Source of the DNA: Eledone cirrhosa
Lineage: Eukaryota
Direction: 5' to 3'
Assembly: GCA_964016885.1 (NCBI GenBank)
Contig: OZ024742.1
Coordinates: 34,286,001 to 34,350,000, forward strand
Length of the DNA stretch: 64,000 bases
Positions 41,111 to 55,592 of the stretch are shown piece by piece. The position numbers were made by a program, and so were the translations under genes. The notes beneath the pieces were generated by a model that saw nothing but the letters and a program-made list of their open reading frames with translations, ran no database searches and was not told where the DNA came from. Each line of letters opens with the position of its first letter. Within the stretch, counting starts at the first letter, position 1.

Positions 41111-41802
41111 AAGGGGATCTTTACGCTCTTTTTTCATATTATATTATACTATATTACGTATATAAACTTAGTATTAACAACAGATCCGGTTTGCGTATGT
41201 CACCTTAACACGAACGCTCTATCACGCAACAAAGCATAGCTCAGAAGTACAAGCTGCTCCGATGTTTGTTCATTTGATAAAAAAAGGCTTTCACATTGAT
41301 GTATTATGAGAAAGCGTGTGGTCAAATAATTAGGATCTTGGGTTCACGATCACACGGTCGTAGATTTGATCCCTGAACCGGGTGGTTTGATGTTTCCTTG
41401 TGACAATTATTTTATTGGACTGGCTTTGCGTCTAAAGGGCAGAACTCAAATATCGTAATGTAGAAACAGATATTGCGAATCTTCTCGAAGACTCTCTACA
41501 GACTGTGAACTGTGGAATCTTCTGGAAGTGGATGGCTTCTGTTAGGTTCGTCATATGGACATTGTTATTTAGCTCCAGTTCAACCCTGCAGTGATTGAGA
41601 AATATATGTTTAAAGGTATTTCAGTAATGACCAACTTTTCTTTATAAGGATATATAAGAAAGGTTGCGTACTCTAATGTGTTATGTTCTTAGAGAGTGAT
41701 TTGAAGGTGTTATGTGTGCTATTTCTTGCATATCAAACGACCATGTACAGGCTCCGCTGCTGCTTGGTGAAAGTATTCTGTCATGATTTTATTGAGTAGT
41801 TT

Positions 41803-41853
<51 letters not shown>

Positions 41854-42128
41854 TGTAAGAGAGTATATACGTTAGATTCACTGCGACTGATATCTGTTCG
41901 ACACGTTTGATTTACGGTTGTCATGATTTCATTTTATCTTTATAACTAATGTTTGTCTCAATGATATCAGCGTCATGACCCCCATTCCTTTTGCTGTCAA
42001 CATCTTACACTACTACATCTAATACTACATCACCTTGTATTACTTGATTTGTCCAAGTCATGTGAGCTTCCATTCGGAACAATTTAATATATAAATATTT
42101 AGACACACACACACACACACACGCACAC

Positions 42129-42324
<196 letters not shown>

Positions 42325-42342
42325 GTAGATATATAGATATAG

Positions 42343-42478
<136 letters not shown>

Positions 42479-42550
42479 TCTCTCTTTCTCGATACGTAAA
42501 TACTATATTACCGTGCTCCTTTTGTAGAGCATCTCACCTTATTTGCCATT

Positions 42551-45283
42551 ATGTTGGAGAACCAACCGTTACCCATGTCTCTCAAGTGTATCCCCTTACA
42601 CAGCAGAAAAACCTACCTTAAACTGCTTATAGACGCTACTAATTCGTTTATACGGAGAGTCAGATGGAAGGCCTACCACCTGGATAAGAACACCCGTAAC
42701 CTTCCTGAACCCAAAGAGAGGTATGGTTTCAAAACATACCGAAACCCACCGCACAACACCTTACTGGACTCCTTTGAAGAGGACCTGCTGAAAATGATCA
42801 AAAACGTTAAGTTCAGAAAGAAACACCAGTGCAGCAATCCATTCTTAACGTCCCTTGATACACTAATAACTAAGATCAAGAATGACCCGCACCTCTTCGT
42901 CACCTCCGACAAAACCAAAAAGCTGTACAAGATGGACGCGAGTGAGTATAAAATATTCATCTATAAGGAACTACACAAAGACTACAAAAAGACACCCTCT
43001 AGTACCCTAAATGACATAAATAGAGTAGGGAAGGATATAGTCACCAGCTTAGAAATAGAAAAGTACACTAACCCGTACGTCTCTCTGACGCCTAAATTCT
43101 CTCTTAAGGATCACAAATATGACTTTAATGAAAGCCCCTCTATTAGACTTATATGCCCCTCTACATCAGATATAGGTAAGATTAGTAAAGTGATCCTTGA
43201 CAGAGTACTACTCGAGCTTAATAGAAAGGCTAAGGTCTGCCTCTGGGGCAACACCGACCAGGTCATGAATTGGTTCACCGAGTTGACGGATAAAGCCACC
43301 CTGAAATTCATCCAGTTTGATATAGATAGCTACTACGCCTCTATCTCCCCCATACTCTTAAATAAGGCACTTATCTTAGCTAGATCTAACACTAGCCTCA
43401 CCAAAAAAGAAATAGACATAATTCTAGCGGCACGTAGAACCATTATCCAGTTCGAAGGCTCCCACTGGACCAGAACCAACCGTCCTGATAACTTCGATGT
43501 CACGATGGGGTCCAGCGACTCAGCGCAAGCAACTGACCTGGTTGGGATATACCTCCTACATAAGCTTAGGGAAGAAATACCGGCCCTACAAGGAGGTGTA
43601 TATAGGGACGACGCCCTGTTTACCGTTAGGAACCATAGCCCCCGTAGGATAGAGAACCTTAACAAACATATACACAGGTTCTTTAAGTCATACGGCCTAT
43701 CCGTAACTATGGACCTCAACCACAGGGTTGTCAACTTCCTGGACGTGACCCTGGAGTTGAGTACGGGCTTATACAAGCCATACCATAAACCTGGAGAGTG
43801 CCTCTCTTATATTAATTATGCCTCCAACCACCCTAGGCAGACTCTCAACTCCATAGTCTATAGTATCTCACATAGAATCTCGAGGCTATCCGCCAATGAG
43901 GATATCTTCAACCAAGCGGCTGATTACTACAATAGGGCCCTGATAAGCGCCGGCTTTAACCGAGGAATTTCCCACATCCCTAACGCTAGCTCTAGAAACC
44001 ACCCCCCTCATAAAACTAACGTTATAGTAAGCCATACCTATAACCGATCACGCGGCGACCTCGTTAAAGTCGGATATAATAGAATAGATAACCGCACCAA
44101 AGATCACGTCCCCGGCGACGGTGAATACTGTAGATTACTCAAACTATTCCCCTATTACAAAACCAACAAAGGCGACGGCCTACTACCAACGCCTTCCAAC
44201 CAACATCTTCGTGTAAACATGGAAGTGGTAGAAAGAGTGCACCCAAGCATAAAGTGAAAGGGGCACCGAACGGGCGACAGCGCATTAACACACATAAGAG
44301 CGATCACTTAGATGGAACCACCCGTAGCAAAAGTACAAGGACACGTAATCGCCACCGTAACGTCCTATGGCTCCACCCCCCCCCCCTACTCTCGAAGTGT
44401 GGCCTCCAACATACCCCGGATATTCTTCGAAGCCTTAGAGAAGAACTTCCCACCCAACCATAGGTATAGAAAAATTCTTAATAGGAACAATATAAAAATA
44501 TCCTTCTCTACTACTCCTAACCTAGCAGACATCATAGGAACAACGAACCACAGTAAGATCACCAAGACACAGCACCTCGACGCAGACGCACCTACACCTG
44601 ACAATAACTGTATCGGCCTTAACAACTCCCTGACAGCATCCAATAGTGTTGGCAACGGGATCCGCAGACGCAACCAGAATGACCGCGAAGTGACTGGGGA
44701 GCATGCAAAACATGGCGTGCGGAATAACAATCGCACCATCCCGCGTGCTGCGGGTTGTAATTGTGCTAACGACAGCTGCGGTAGCGCAGCTTGCAACGTA
44801 GGCAGCAACAATGATAGCCTTATCGTGGGAAATAGACGGAACAGCGACAGAAATTGCAACTGCCGCGACAGAGTACGGTACCCCCTTAGAGGATACTGCT
44901 TGACTGATAGGGTTATATATAGATGCACTATTACTAGCCACAATAGCGTTAAACATTATATAGGGGCCACCTCCGGCCCGTTCAAAATTAGGTTTCGAAC
45001 ACATCTCCACTCTTTCACAAATAGAAAACTAAGGCACTCCACCTCGCTCGCGGACTACATCACATCACTAAAGGACTTAAACATTAGCTTCTCCACGCAC
45101 TGGGAGATTGTCGACAGGGCCGCACCGTACAACTTCAAGAGGAAATGCGATCTTTGCCTCATGGAGCTCTACCACATCATAACTGCACCCCACGAGCTCA
45201 TCAACAGCAGAGCTGAAACAGCGATAAGTTTTACACATCGCTTAAAAATATCCTTCTTTAGATGGGTTAAGAATGAAGAGTGA
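42551..45283 (+). pseudogene. PLE RT / GIY-YIG polyprotein with two frameshifts
   Basis: SDKT, LKDHK, IRLICP, FDIDSYYASI, TMGS, YRDD, NFLDV, SNHP; RNVLW..PP in a shifted frame; CNCR..PLRGYCL..VIY..YIGAT..FKIRFRTH..CDLCLME. Confidence 0.9.
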
Positions 45284-45535
45284 AATAGCACACTGGATCT
45301 CCCTGAAACAAGTCTTAACACCCCGGCGGGCAGGCGCAGCAAAATAACACCCAGAAAACAATCCCTGCATACCAAAAATTATCCGGGAAAGACTGCCCTA
45401 ATACCGGCCAAAGTTACCTCCCTTGACCTGCTGCAAAATCAAAACAAGATATTTTTGTGAACAATGAATCTTGATGTGGATTTAACCCCCAAAACTCTTT
45501 CCGAACTATATAAGGAACACTTGTGATTGTTTATG

Positions 45536-45572
45536 CCCTTGAGAAGCCCAACTGGGCAAAACGTACGTAGGT
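45536..45572 (+). ncRNA. Hammerhead-like motif, U3-A8 variant with G12 mutated
   Basis: cc TTGAGAA gccca ac tgggc aAAA cgtacg TA gg. Confidence 0.55.
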
Positions 45573-45628
45573 GATATTTTAAATAAACATGTTTTAACGG
45601 TCTATTCTCCGATTTTTTACTTTCCCAC

Positions 45629-45694
<66 letters not shown>

Positions 45695-45805
45695 ATATAT
45701 ATATATGTAAGACCCCGACGGCTTTTTTTTTTTTAGTCCAGAATTAGCCGTCGAAACGGTTTGAGATCAACCGTCGGGGTCTTACTGGTTCCTATATATA
45801 TATAT

Positions 45806-45928
<123 letters not shown>

Positions 45929-45931
45929 TAT

Positions 45932-46245
45932 ACAACCATAGGTGAGATACTACAGAAACAATACTGCTCTGTTTTCACCAATCCTGATATGGCTGTTAAT
46001 CCCTAACACTATATCTGACATAACGTTCCACAGATCTGATGTCAGCAGTATTAAACGAAATTAAATACAACTGCTTGTGTCCTGAATATTTGTCAACAAC
46101 AACTTGCATCTGCTGTAGCTAATCTGTGGAGGAACTCCCTGACGCTGTCTATATCCCTGAAAATATTCTGTCGCAGTTTTCAAAACGGGAATCAAGTCCC
46201 TTGCAGTGAATTACCGTTTGATTTCACTCACTTCATATCATTAAG
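45932..46245 (+). pseudogene. CR1-type LINE RT fragment
   Basis: [12 protein letters not shown] ... LWRNSL ... SLAVNYRLISLTS across broken frames. Confidence 0.55.
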
Positions 46246-46430
46246 GTGGTTTGGCAGTATCAGTAGAGGGTCGGACGCCATGCTTTCCAGCATAGTTACG
46301 TCCCTTTACGGGCTGAGTTCAAATCCCGCCGAGGTTGACTTTGCCTTTCATCCTTACGGGGTCGATAAAATAAAGTACCAGTAATACACTGGGGAAAAAT
46401 TGCTGGCTTTGTGCCAAAAGTAGAAACAAT
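46246..46430 (+). mobile_element. tRNA-derived SINE, family 1
   Basis: Matches the family consensus. Confidence 0.85.
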
Positions 46431-46631
46431 TAATGTATATACATATTATTCAATACCGAGTACTTATTTATACATTTATACATATATACATATACTCAAT
46501 ACCGAGTACACACACACACACATATATATATATATGTGTGTGTGTGAGTGGTAAGGATGGTAAGGATAGTATGAAGAGTACATATATATACACACTCACA
46601 CACGCGCGCACACACATATATATATATATAT

Positions 46632-46684
<53 letters not shown>

Positions 46685-46710
46685 CTTCTTACTAACCTTA
46701 CCATCCTTAC

Positions 46711-46747
<37 letters not shown>

Positions 46748-46856
46748 GTGTGTATATATATGTACGCTTCTTACTAACCTTACCATCCTTGCTTTCATAT
46801 TTCTCCTTGCTCCCCTTTCCTCATTGTATTCGTATATAAACAAGTACATAGATACA

Positions 46857-47436
46857 AGGAGAGAGGGAGAGGAAGGAAAACAGGAGAGCAATGAGAAAAG
46901 AAGAGCAATGAGAAAAGAAGAGCAAGGAGAAAAGAAGAGCAATGAGAGGAAGGTGAATAGGAGAGAAAGGAAAGCAAGGATAAAAGGAGGGCAAGGAGAG
47001 TAATGTGAATAGGAGAGCAAGGAGAGGAAGGACAAAAGGAGAGCAAGGAGAGCAAAGAGAAAGGGAGAGCAATGAGAATAAGGAGAGGAGGAGAGCAAGT
47101 AGAGCAATGAGAAAAGGAGAGCAATGCGAAAATGAGAGCAAGGAGAGCAATAACAAAAGTAAAGCAATGAGAGCAAGGATAAAGGGAGAGCAATAAGAAA
47201 ATGAGAGAAAGGAGAGCAAGGAGAGCAATGAGAAAAGGAGAGGAAGGAGAGCAATGCGAAAAGAAGAGGAAGGAGAGCAATGCGAAAAGGAGAGCAAGGA
47301 GAACAATGATAAAAGGAGAGGAAGGAGAGCAATGCGAAAAGGAGACCAAGGAGAGCAATGCGAAAAGGAGAGCAAGGAGAGCAAGGAGAGCAATGAGAGC
47401 AATGAGAAAAGGAGAGCAATGCGAAAAGGAGAGCAA
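46857..47436 (+). repeat. Purine-rich degenerate minisatellite
   Basis: Reiterated aaggagagcaa(tgcgaa/tgagaa) units. Confidence 0.9.
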
Positions 47437-48085
47437 GGAACACTTTACAATATTTTTTCATAGACCTGTCTTACAGCCATGTAAGTTTTGTGTAGTGTAA
47501 GTTTTTTCCTCGCATTTTCCACCATTTTCCGAGCACAGCTCAATAGTTTATAATGAGCTCAATCCAAGCTCCTTGGCGCTGAATCACTGTGGCTATTCGC
47601 ACATTGAAGTATGTGATGTGATGTGATGTGATTTTCTGTCCTGACTGACCGTGGCCGGCCGGCCACTGCGACTTTAATGTTATCCTGTACCCTTCTACCT
47701 GGAAAGTCCCTCCGAAATTGTCATTGAGTTTGGACAACCAGACTCACAATAAAGCTTCTCCTGGACAAATTCAGGGAGAAGGGAAGTGTACAGGATAACA
47801 TTAGAGGTCGCAGTGGCCGGCCACGGTCAGTCAGGACAGAAAATCACATCACATCACAAACTTAAATGTGCGAGTAGCCACAATAATTCAGCGCCAAGGA
47901 GCTTGGATCGAGCACAGTATTAACTATTGAGCTGCGCTCGCAAAATGGTGGTATGCGAGTAAAAAACTTACACTACACAAAACTTACATGTCTGTAAGAC
48001 AGGTCTATGAAAAAATATTGTAAAGTTTTCCTTTCAATAGAAAATGCTACTTTATCAAAAATGGGTACATCTTTTTAGACCACCC

Positions 48086-48087
<2 letters not shown>
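47435..48087. mobile_element. Fold-back Tc1/mariner derivative
   Basis: About 260-bp inverted arms; right end caccctg-TA; arms encode transposase pieces LDKFREKGSVQDNIRGRSGRPRSVRTEN and VATIIQRQGAWIEH. Confidence 0.75.
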
Positions 48088-48131
<44 letters not shown>

Positions 48132-49024
48132 CGCGTGTGTGTGTCTGTGAGTGCGTATATGTGTGTAAATAATTCTTTTTCTACAAATATAGATCCACAA
48201 ACACAAACACTTATGAAGTAAAGGAATCACAGGGCACAATAAACGATCCGTCTATTGTACCTCTCTCTCACTCTCTCTCTCATATTTTTCTCTCTCAAAT
48301 TCGTCATTTGTTTATTTGTTTATTATTATTCATTTCGATTTGTTTCTCACTCCTTTCCTAAAATAGAATTCTTTTACAAGGCTTACTGTATATAAGGTCT
48401 TTATAGACAGCTAAATCGATCCATTTACTTCGATCGTCATTAGTTTGATTGGTTTATAGCTTATTGATAAGTCCTCGTATAAGATGTTAGCTAATTTTTC
48501 CACACATGCAGCTCAGCTCCGTATACTTATTTTTATAGATTATATGTTGATGTGTTCTCTTTATTTTGCTTATTTCTTTCTTTAGTCATATCATTATACT
48601 TGTATGTTGTTACTATATTGTATCAATCTATATTATCTTTGTCTTGTTTGTTATGATTTCGGTGTTGATTTTTTCTATTTTGTTCCTATATAACTATTTG
48701 TTTTTTGTTATGGTTTTTTTTTTGTGTGTGTGTGTGTGGGGGGGGGGGGGGGTTATCGTTCATTGTTAATTGATTTTTGTGTCGAAGTACTGTTTAGTGT
48801 AGAAATCTTCAGGGCCTGTTTCTCTTATTGATTAAAAGATATTCTTTCAGCCGGCTGACTCAGAGTCATCTGAGATAACGTGTTAGAAGCATTAGAGTAA
48901 TAAAGAATCACATAGAGAGAGATTTACAAAGAAAGAAATATAGAGAGATGTTGTGAGACATTAGTGTTTGTGTGTGGAAGGCTGCTATTGCAACAACAGC
49001 AGGTGGAGAAGGGAGGAGGGAAGT

Positions 49025-49440
49025 CATCATCATCATCATCACCGTTTTACATCAATTTTTCCACACTAGTATAGGTTAGACGGGTTTTCTGTTTTGGGCA
49101 ATGCTTGGTCAAGTGACCATGTCTTGCACATACAAAACTGATTTGGGCTTGGTTTTTACAGCTGGATGGCCTTCCTAACAGCAACATCATTTAGAGTGAG
49201 TACTGGGTGCTTTTTGTCGTGTCACCATCACGTTCACGACCGCTTTACAGTGTGGCTGGAGGCTTCACTGGATGCATACTTCTTACTGCCCTCGTAGGAG
49301 ATGTATGCGAGGATAGGGTGGGGTGGTGCATACTGTATATATGCTTCAGTTTCGGCCTGTGTCTGTGGGGAGTCGGGTCTACTGTATCACTCCATAACAC
49401 CAGAGATCTCGGTCCTGTGTCATCACCTTTGAGAGGTTAA
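49025..49440 (-). mobile_element. Old retroelement 3' end with a (GAT)n tail, probably RTE-related
   Basis: (CAT)n followed by gctggatggccttcctaac motif. Family assignment from memory only. Confidence 0.4.
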
Positions 49441-49511
49441 ATTGGGCAAGGTCAGCTTTTACAGTATGTATATATATATGATGGTTGCGTCCTCATTATC
49501 GAGTATGGCCA

Positions 49512-49693
49512 GTGGATTGGCAGTATCGGTAGAGGGTCGGACGCCATTCTTTGACGCATAGAGTTACGGCCCTTGCCATTCTGAGTTCAAATCCCGCCGA
49601 GGTTAACTTTGCTTTTCATCCTTATGGGGTCGATAAAATAAAGTACCAGTAATACACTGGGTAATTGCTGGCCTTGTGCCAAAAGTAGAAACA
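49512..49693 (+). mobile_element. tRNA-derived SINE, family 1, with perfect TSD
   Basis: 17-bp TSD attatcgagtatggcca at 49495-49511 and 49694-49710. Confidence 0.92.
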
Positions 49694-49793
49694 ATTATCG
49701 AGTATGGCCATTGCACGAAAAAAATAATAATAATAATAATAATAACGACAATAATAATAATAATAATAATAATATCAATAAAATTTTTAAAAA

Positions 49794-49832
<39 letters not shown>

Positions 49833-49845
49833 CACATAATAACAA

Positions 49846-50042
49846 TTAACGGTCCTGCGATCGGATGTGGCTTTTTAGCCCAGCCAATGATCTAAAATGT
49901 CTTGCACAGAGTTGGCAACCAAAACATTCACTGGGAATAGCCGGCTGCGGTTGGAGTTTATGTACTTTTGCATGTCGTTTGAGCCCTCCTGCTGATTTAC
50001 ACTCTCTACCACATGTTTGGCAGGCATGATGAGTAGCATCTC
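49846..50042 (-). pseudogene. RTE-type LINE C-terminal double C2H2 finger fragment
   Basis: CQTCGRECKSAGGLKRHAKVH...CQLCARHFRSLAGLKSHIRSQDR*; same motif type as the RTE-derived repeats. Confidence 0.6.
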
Positions 50043-50070
50043 CATATATACATACATACAAACATATATA

Positions 50071-50104
50071 TTCCTGATGAAGAACTTATGTCCGAAACAT
50101 CGAA
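50071..50104 (+). ncRNA. Minimal hammerhead motif, partly mutated
   Basis: ttc CTGATGA a gaac ttat gtcc GAAA ca TC gaa, in a 115-bp cassette between TA repeats. Confidence 0.55.
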
Positions 50105-50183
50105 ACCTCCCCCACTCTCCCCAAATGTGACCCTAATACAATTATGTACAATTGACTCCTGCGTTTGTTTGTTGGTCTTTTTG

Positions 50184-50301
<118 letters not shown>

Positions 50302-50589
50302 GTACATATACATAGTAGAGCTGAAACTTCAAATTTCGTGGCTCTGACTCTGATGTATTTTATGTTCGAACGAAACTTGAGGAATCCATATTGCTTATTG
50401 TAACTCCATGTGCGTATCTGCGTTTTAATATATTTATGTATTCATATACATATGCCTCAGTGGCTCCTCTTGAATATTGATACATATTACATGCTAGATT
50501 TCTGGAATAATCTATATGTTTCACAGTCCCATTAATGGTTAGTAGCTGAATCTCCTTCCTATTTCTATATCTGTTTCGGGCTTGTGAAC

Positions 50590-51150
50590 ACTAATATTTT
50601 CATGACTGGACGTAAGGCAATTAATTACATATTGAAGCGCCCCAATAATTCTAAATCGAAAAGTAGAGATTGGCTTGAGTGTCTGCAAATTTCTTATGAT
50701 TTCAGCAGAGCGGTTTTCTGTTTCATTAATTTTTCACACCGTTAATATCTGCTAAGCAACTGATTTTCACTACTGAACAAATTTGCTCACTTTGTTTCAG
50801 ATCAGTATGTCTGTTCTATAATGTATAATTTTTCCATAGGTTTTGTCAGTATTCTTTTATATCAGTGTAACTTTATATATTTACTCTTCTAGTCTATCAT
50901 TTTTATGTAGTACACTTCAAAATATCTTTACCTGGGAATCATATCTCATCAGTAGGAAAGGTTCTTATGATATTCAGTTTTAATTCCACAGTCAACATTG
51001 GTTGTTAGATGAAGATGTTTTGCTTTTATCCATATTTCGTTTGTGCATCACGTCTTTCTATGCTATTTCATATTCCTAGATTTTAAAAACACGACCTTCA
51101 AGAAGAGAGCTAATATAATGGATGATCCAAGATAGATTAGTTTAAATATC
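50590..51150 (-). pseudogene. Old R4/Dong-like restriction-like endonuclease remnant
   Basis: Broken frames read HYRTDIL...CSVVKISCLADIN...EIIRNLQTLKP. Confidence 0.45.
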
Positions 51151-51285
51151 TGGGTTTCTGATGCTGAATCTTTGTGGTAACATAGCACCGAAGAGAGCGT
51201 AACATAAGTAGTTCACCTGTCTTTGTGATACACCGTCATACACACACACAAACACACACACATATACATATATATATATATATAT

Positions 51286-51912
51286 AAACATGAGAAGAAA
51301 GAAGAACACTGCGTGGTTTGCACATGGGTTACATATGATAAAAATAGTCCTTCGTCAGTGATATTCCAACCATCATTGGTATTTCATCACATTAAAAATC
51401 AGATACCTCAGGTTGGTGTGAGCAATAACTAAAAAAAGTTATTGGGACCAGTAATTCGCGTAAGGCGACGGGGACAAGTAAACAACATAGAAGGATAAAA
51501 GCAAACCGAAGATAGGAAAATAAACAAGCAACATGGTTGTCCGGTCAGCATAAGCTGGGTGGATTCCATGAGCGAGAGAGGTACAGACCGTGTCGATGTG
51601 TGTGAGGTGTGAGCAAGAAGAGACCCACACAAGCCAAACGGGAGGAAGTGAGAAGGCGAGAAACAGAGAGTGAATGAGTATAGATGTGAGGAAGTGGTCA
51701 GTCGAGAGAAAGTGTAACTGACAGAGGGGGCGAAAGAAGGTGAGAGAAACAGAGAGAGCGGGGAAGCAGTAAGAGAGAAACAGACAAACGCAGCCGAGGT
51801 AAATATATATAAAAAAACATGAGAAGAAAGAAGAATACTGCGTGGTTTGCACATAGGTTACATATGATAAAAATAGTCCTTCGTCAGTGATTTTCCAACC
51901 ATCATTGGTATT
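51286..51912 (-). mobile_element. TA-embedded cassette with ~97-bp terminal direct repeats
   Basis: aaacatgagaagaaagaagaa...ccatcattggtatt at 51286 and 51816 (530-bp period). Each repeat has CTGACGAaggac on minus, but no GAAA half. Confidence 0.7.
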
Positions 51913-51968
51913 ATATACACACTATACATATACATACAGACATATATATACACGCACACAGACACATA

Positions 51969-52045
<77 letters not shown>

Positions 52046-52147
52046 ATGCACATGTGTTTTTATCTCCCCATTTTTTTCCTCATTTTCCCCGTTCCTTCCT
52101 CTCATGACTCTTTACTTTCTATTTATCTTCTATTTTTAACTCTATCT

Positions 52148-52183
52148 TCTTCTGATGAAGGACTAGTGTCCGAAACATTAAGA
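52148..52183 (+). ncRNA. Minimal type I hammerhead motif
   Basis: tctt CTGATGA a ggac tagt gtcc GAAA ca TT aaga; homologue of 12690-12725. Confidence 0.7.
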
Positions 52184-52289
52184 CTCTCTTCCTGCTATTT
52201 CAAGCGTTAAACTAATTGATTTCTTCCATGTATTGTGCCGCTTGTTTTGTTATTTTTCGCATTTCTGTTTACCTTTTTCACACACGGCG

Positions 52290-52397
<108 letters not shown>

Positions 52398-52404
52398 GCA
52401 CGCA

Positions 52405-52493
<89 letters not shown>

Positions 52494-52516
52494 GCGCATA
52501 CATACATACATATATA

Positions 52517-53387
52517 CGAGGTGTATCAGAAAAGTTCCAGGACTGATGTCACAAAAGATTTATTTCAAACCCAAACTTCCCACTAAGAGTTTTCTCCTTC
52601 AAAGTAATCCCCCTGGAGTATGTAACTATAATCTTAGCTCTCTGCACCGATCAAACATTTTTCTTCATAACTTTATATACATGTCCTCTGTTTCAGGTCG
52701 TCAAGCAATGAGCACAGAGCAACGAACAAACTTGAAGTTTCTGGTACGGTTGGGGAAAACTCCGTCAGAAGCACTGGGATTGCTGCAGCAAGTGTATTGG
52801 GATGAGACGATGTCACGCCCACATGTTTTTGAGTGGCGCAAGATGCCCCGGGAGCGGAAGGCCCTCAAAAACCAGGACTGAGGTCAACATTGAGCGCATC
52901 AGGTGGATGGTGCGTAGCGATCGTCGGCTGACTGTTCGACTGATGGCAAATGAGCTGGGCATGAATCGGGACAGCGTCTGGAAGATTCTCACTGAAGATT
53001 TGGACATGCGGAAAGTTTGCGCGAAGATGATACCAAAACTGCTGAACGATGACCAGAAGGGTCGACACATGCAAGTGTGCCAGGACATCCTCGAGCGTCT
53101 TGAAACCGAACCAGACTTGCTAGGGACAGTCATCACCGGTGATGAGTCATGGATCTTCGAGTACGACCCGGAGGGGACCCGTTTTGAAGACGTGGACGAC
53201 ATCAAAAAGGTCGTGATGACGGAACTGCGGAGGATCCCGGAAGAATCCTTCCAGGAGTGCATGCAAGCGTGGCAGAAAAGGATGGAAAAGTGCATTAGAC
53301 TCCAGGGGGATTACTTTGAAAGAGAACACTCTTAGTTTGAAATAAATCTTTTGTGACATCAGTCCTGGAACTTTTCTGACACACCTC

Positions 53388-53388
<1 letters not shown>
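52517..53388 (+). mobile_element. Internally deleted mariner transposon
   Basis: About 52-bp TIRs (cgaggtgt.tcagaaaagttccaggactgatgtcacaaaagatttatttcaaac) with TA flanks. Confidence 0.92.
52708..53335 (+). pseudogene. mariner transposase remnant
   Basis: EQRTNLKFLVRLGKT, SGRP, DRRLTVR, KMIPKLL, ITGDESWIFEYDPE joined directly to RFEDVDDIK..GDYFE; the second and third catalytic Asp regions are deleted. Confidence 0.9.
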
Positions 53389-53454
<66 letters not shown>

Positions 53455-53488
53455 CCTGTCTACATGTTTGTATATATATATATATATA

Positions 53489-54021
53489 TTTGCTTTGCAA
53501 GGTTTTTGATATGAAATCGTGTGTCGAAACAAATATTGTTATACTTATGGCGTAAACATTACAATACAACAGGAGGGAACATAATAATAGTACCACTGAT
53601 GATGTAGATGTGCAACGTAAGAACTTTGATAGATAATGTATATATATATATTTATATCTGTATTTTTAACCGTTGGTCAGTCAATGATAAACATTGATTG
53701 CCAAATAAATTAACTATGGAGATATAAAAGATACAGAAGCGAAAACCAACCAAACAGTGAGTGTGTTCTGTTATTATTTCTGGCAAAAGGGCGGTGAATT
53801 GGCAGTATCGGTAGAGGGTCGGATGCCATGCTTTCCAGCATAGTTACGTCCTCTTACAGTTTGGTTCAAATCCCGCCGAGATTAACTTTGCCTTTCATCC
53901 TTACGAGGGTCGATAAAATAAAGTACCTGTAATACACTGGGATAATTACTGGCCTTGTGCCAAAAGTAGAAACAATTATTTCTGGCAATATTATTACAAA
54001 AATATGACCCTCCCCAAGTAT

Positions 54022-54028
<7 letters not shown>
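53489..54028. mobile_element. Head-to-head PLE 3' fragments with a nested SINE (53787-53974)
   Basis: Homologous to 37945-38408. SINE TSD attatttctggcaa at 53773-53786 and 53975-53988. Confidence 0.8.
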
Positions 54029-54090
<62 letters not shown>

Positions 54091-54536
54091 CAGACAGGTA
54101 TACACGTATACAGATATTTACGCAGAGAGAGAGATAGTTAGTTAGAATCGGGATAAACAAAAAGAAAATTAGAAATGAAAAGAAAGACTGTGAAGAAGGA
54201 GAGCCAGTCAGAGAGAAGGGGATGTCAGTATGAAGTTGTCGGACATCTTTCATTCGATACGCACTAAATACAAGTTTTTAATTATGTTGTCAAAATCTGT
54301 TATAGGTGATGAGGAGCTGTCGGCGTTTCTAATCAGAAATTGTTACCTTTAAGAAATATGTTGAAGCCAATGCGCAACAAGGACATAAGAACTTGTTTGC
54401 GAACATATTGGACTAATTAGTTTTAGAAAGACAGATCTGCTAGATAAAGCCTGACTTGCAGCTAAACAGTAACTGTTAGAATTGGGCCATGATATTTATT
54501 AAGTATGAGGTGCTAAGATATACACACGCACGCACA

Positions 54537-54668
<132 letters not shown>

Positions 54669-54923
54669 CACACACACAAGAAGTAAAGTCTGCATTTGTA
54701 AAGTTATATTACACAGAAACGATCGTCTAGGAGGGAGATATTTACATCTATCTCTAACTAAAAACAAAGCCAACTGTCTAGAGTAATCTAAATATGTGGA
54801 CTCTGAACAATTGATTGCTGCAGCATAACTGCAATTCACCAGATTCATTGAGTGAGCTAGCCGCTGGCCGGGGACGCTCTATTTATACCTGCGATCTTCG
54901 TTACTTTGTTTATATATATATAG

Positions 54924-55303
<380 letters not shown>

Positions 55304-55309
55304 TTACAT

Positions 55310-55540
55310 ACAAAAAAATTTCACTCTACATGGCTGAATAAAATAAATGTAATCTGAGCTTTTCGAATATTAATAATAACATTCGATTCGTTTGCAATTA
55401 TGCAAACAAGCCTCATTTTTAAAGCCATGTCAGTAGAATGAAGTGTTCATTCTACTGACATGGCTTTAAAAATGAGGATTGTTTGCATAATTGCAAACGA
55501 ATCGAATGTTTATTATTAATATTCGAAAAACTCAGATTAC

Positions 55541-55545
<5 letters not shown>
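55310..55545. repeat. Palindromic TA-embedded cassette (family F)
   Basis: About 100-bp near-perfect arms centred near 55444; left arm has an extra tail. Confidence 0.85.

Positions 55546-55592
<47 letters not shown>

Noticed and set aside
44255-44257. In-frame TGA as possible selenocysteine, as in some Naiad PLEs
   Set aside because: A TAG follows in the same frame within about 55 bp, and the conserved RNVLW..PP motif is in another frame, so this is a frameshift.
46496-47461. 321-aa Leu/Ser/Cys-rich ORF and overlapping ORFs
   Set aside because: Product of the purine-rich minisatellite, open in several frames.
49846-50061. Host C2H2 zinc-finger gene exon
   Set aside because: No TGEKP linkers, it is bounded by simple repeats, and it matches the RTE terminal finger seen in the dispersed repeats.
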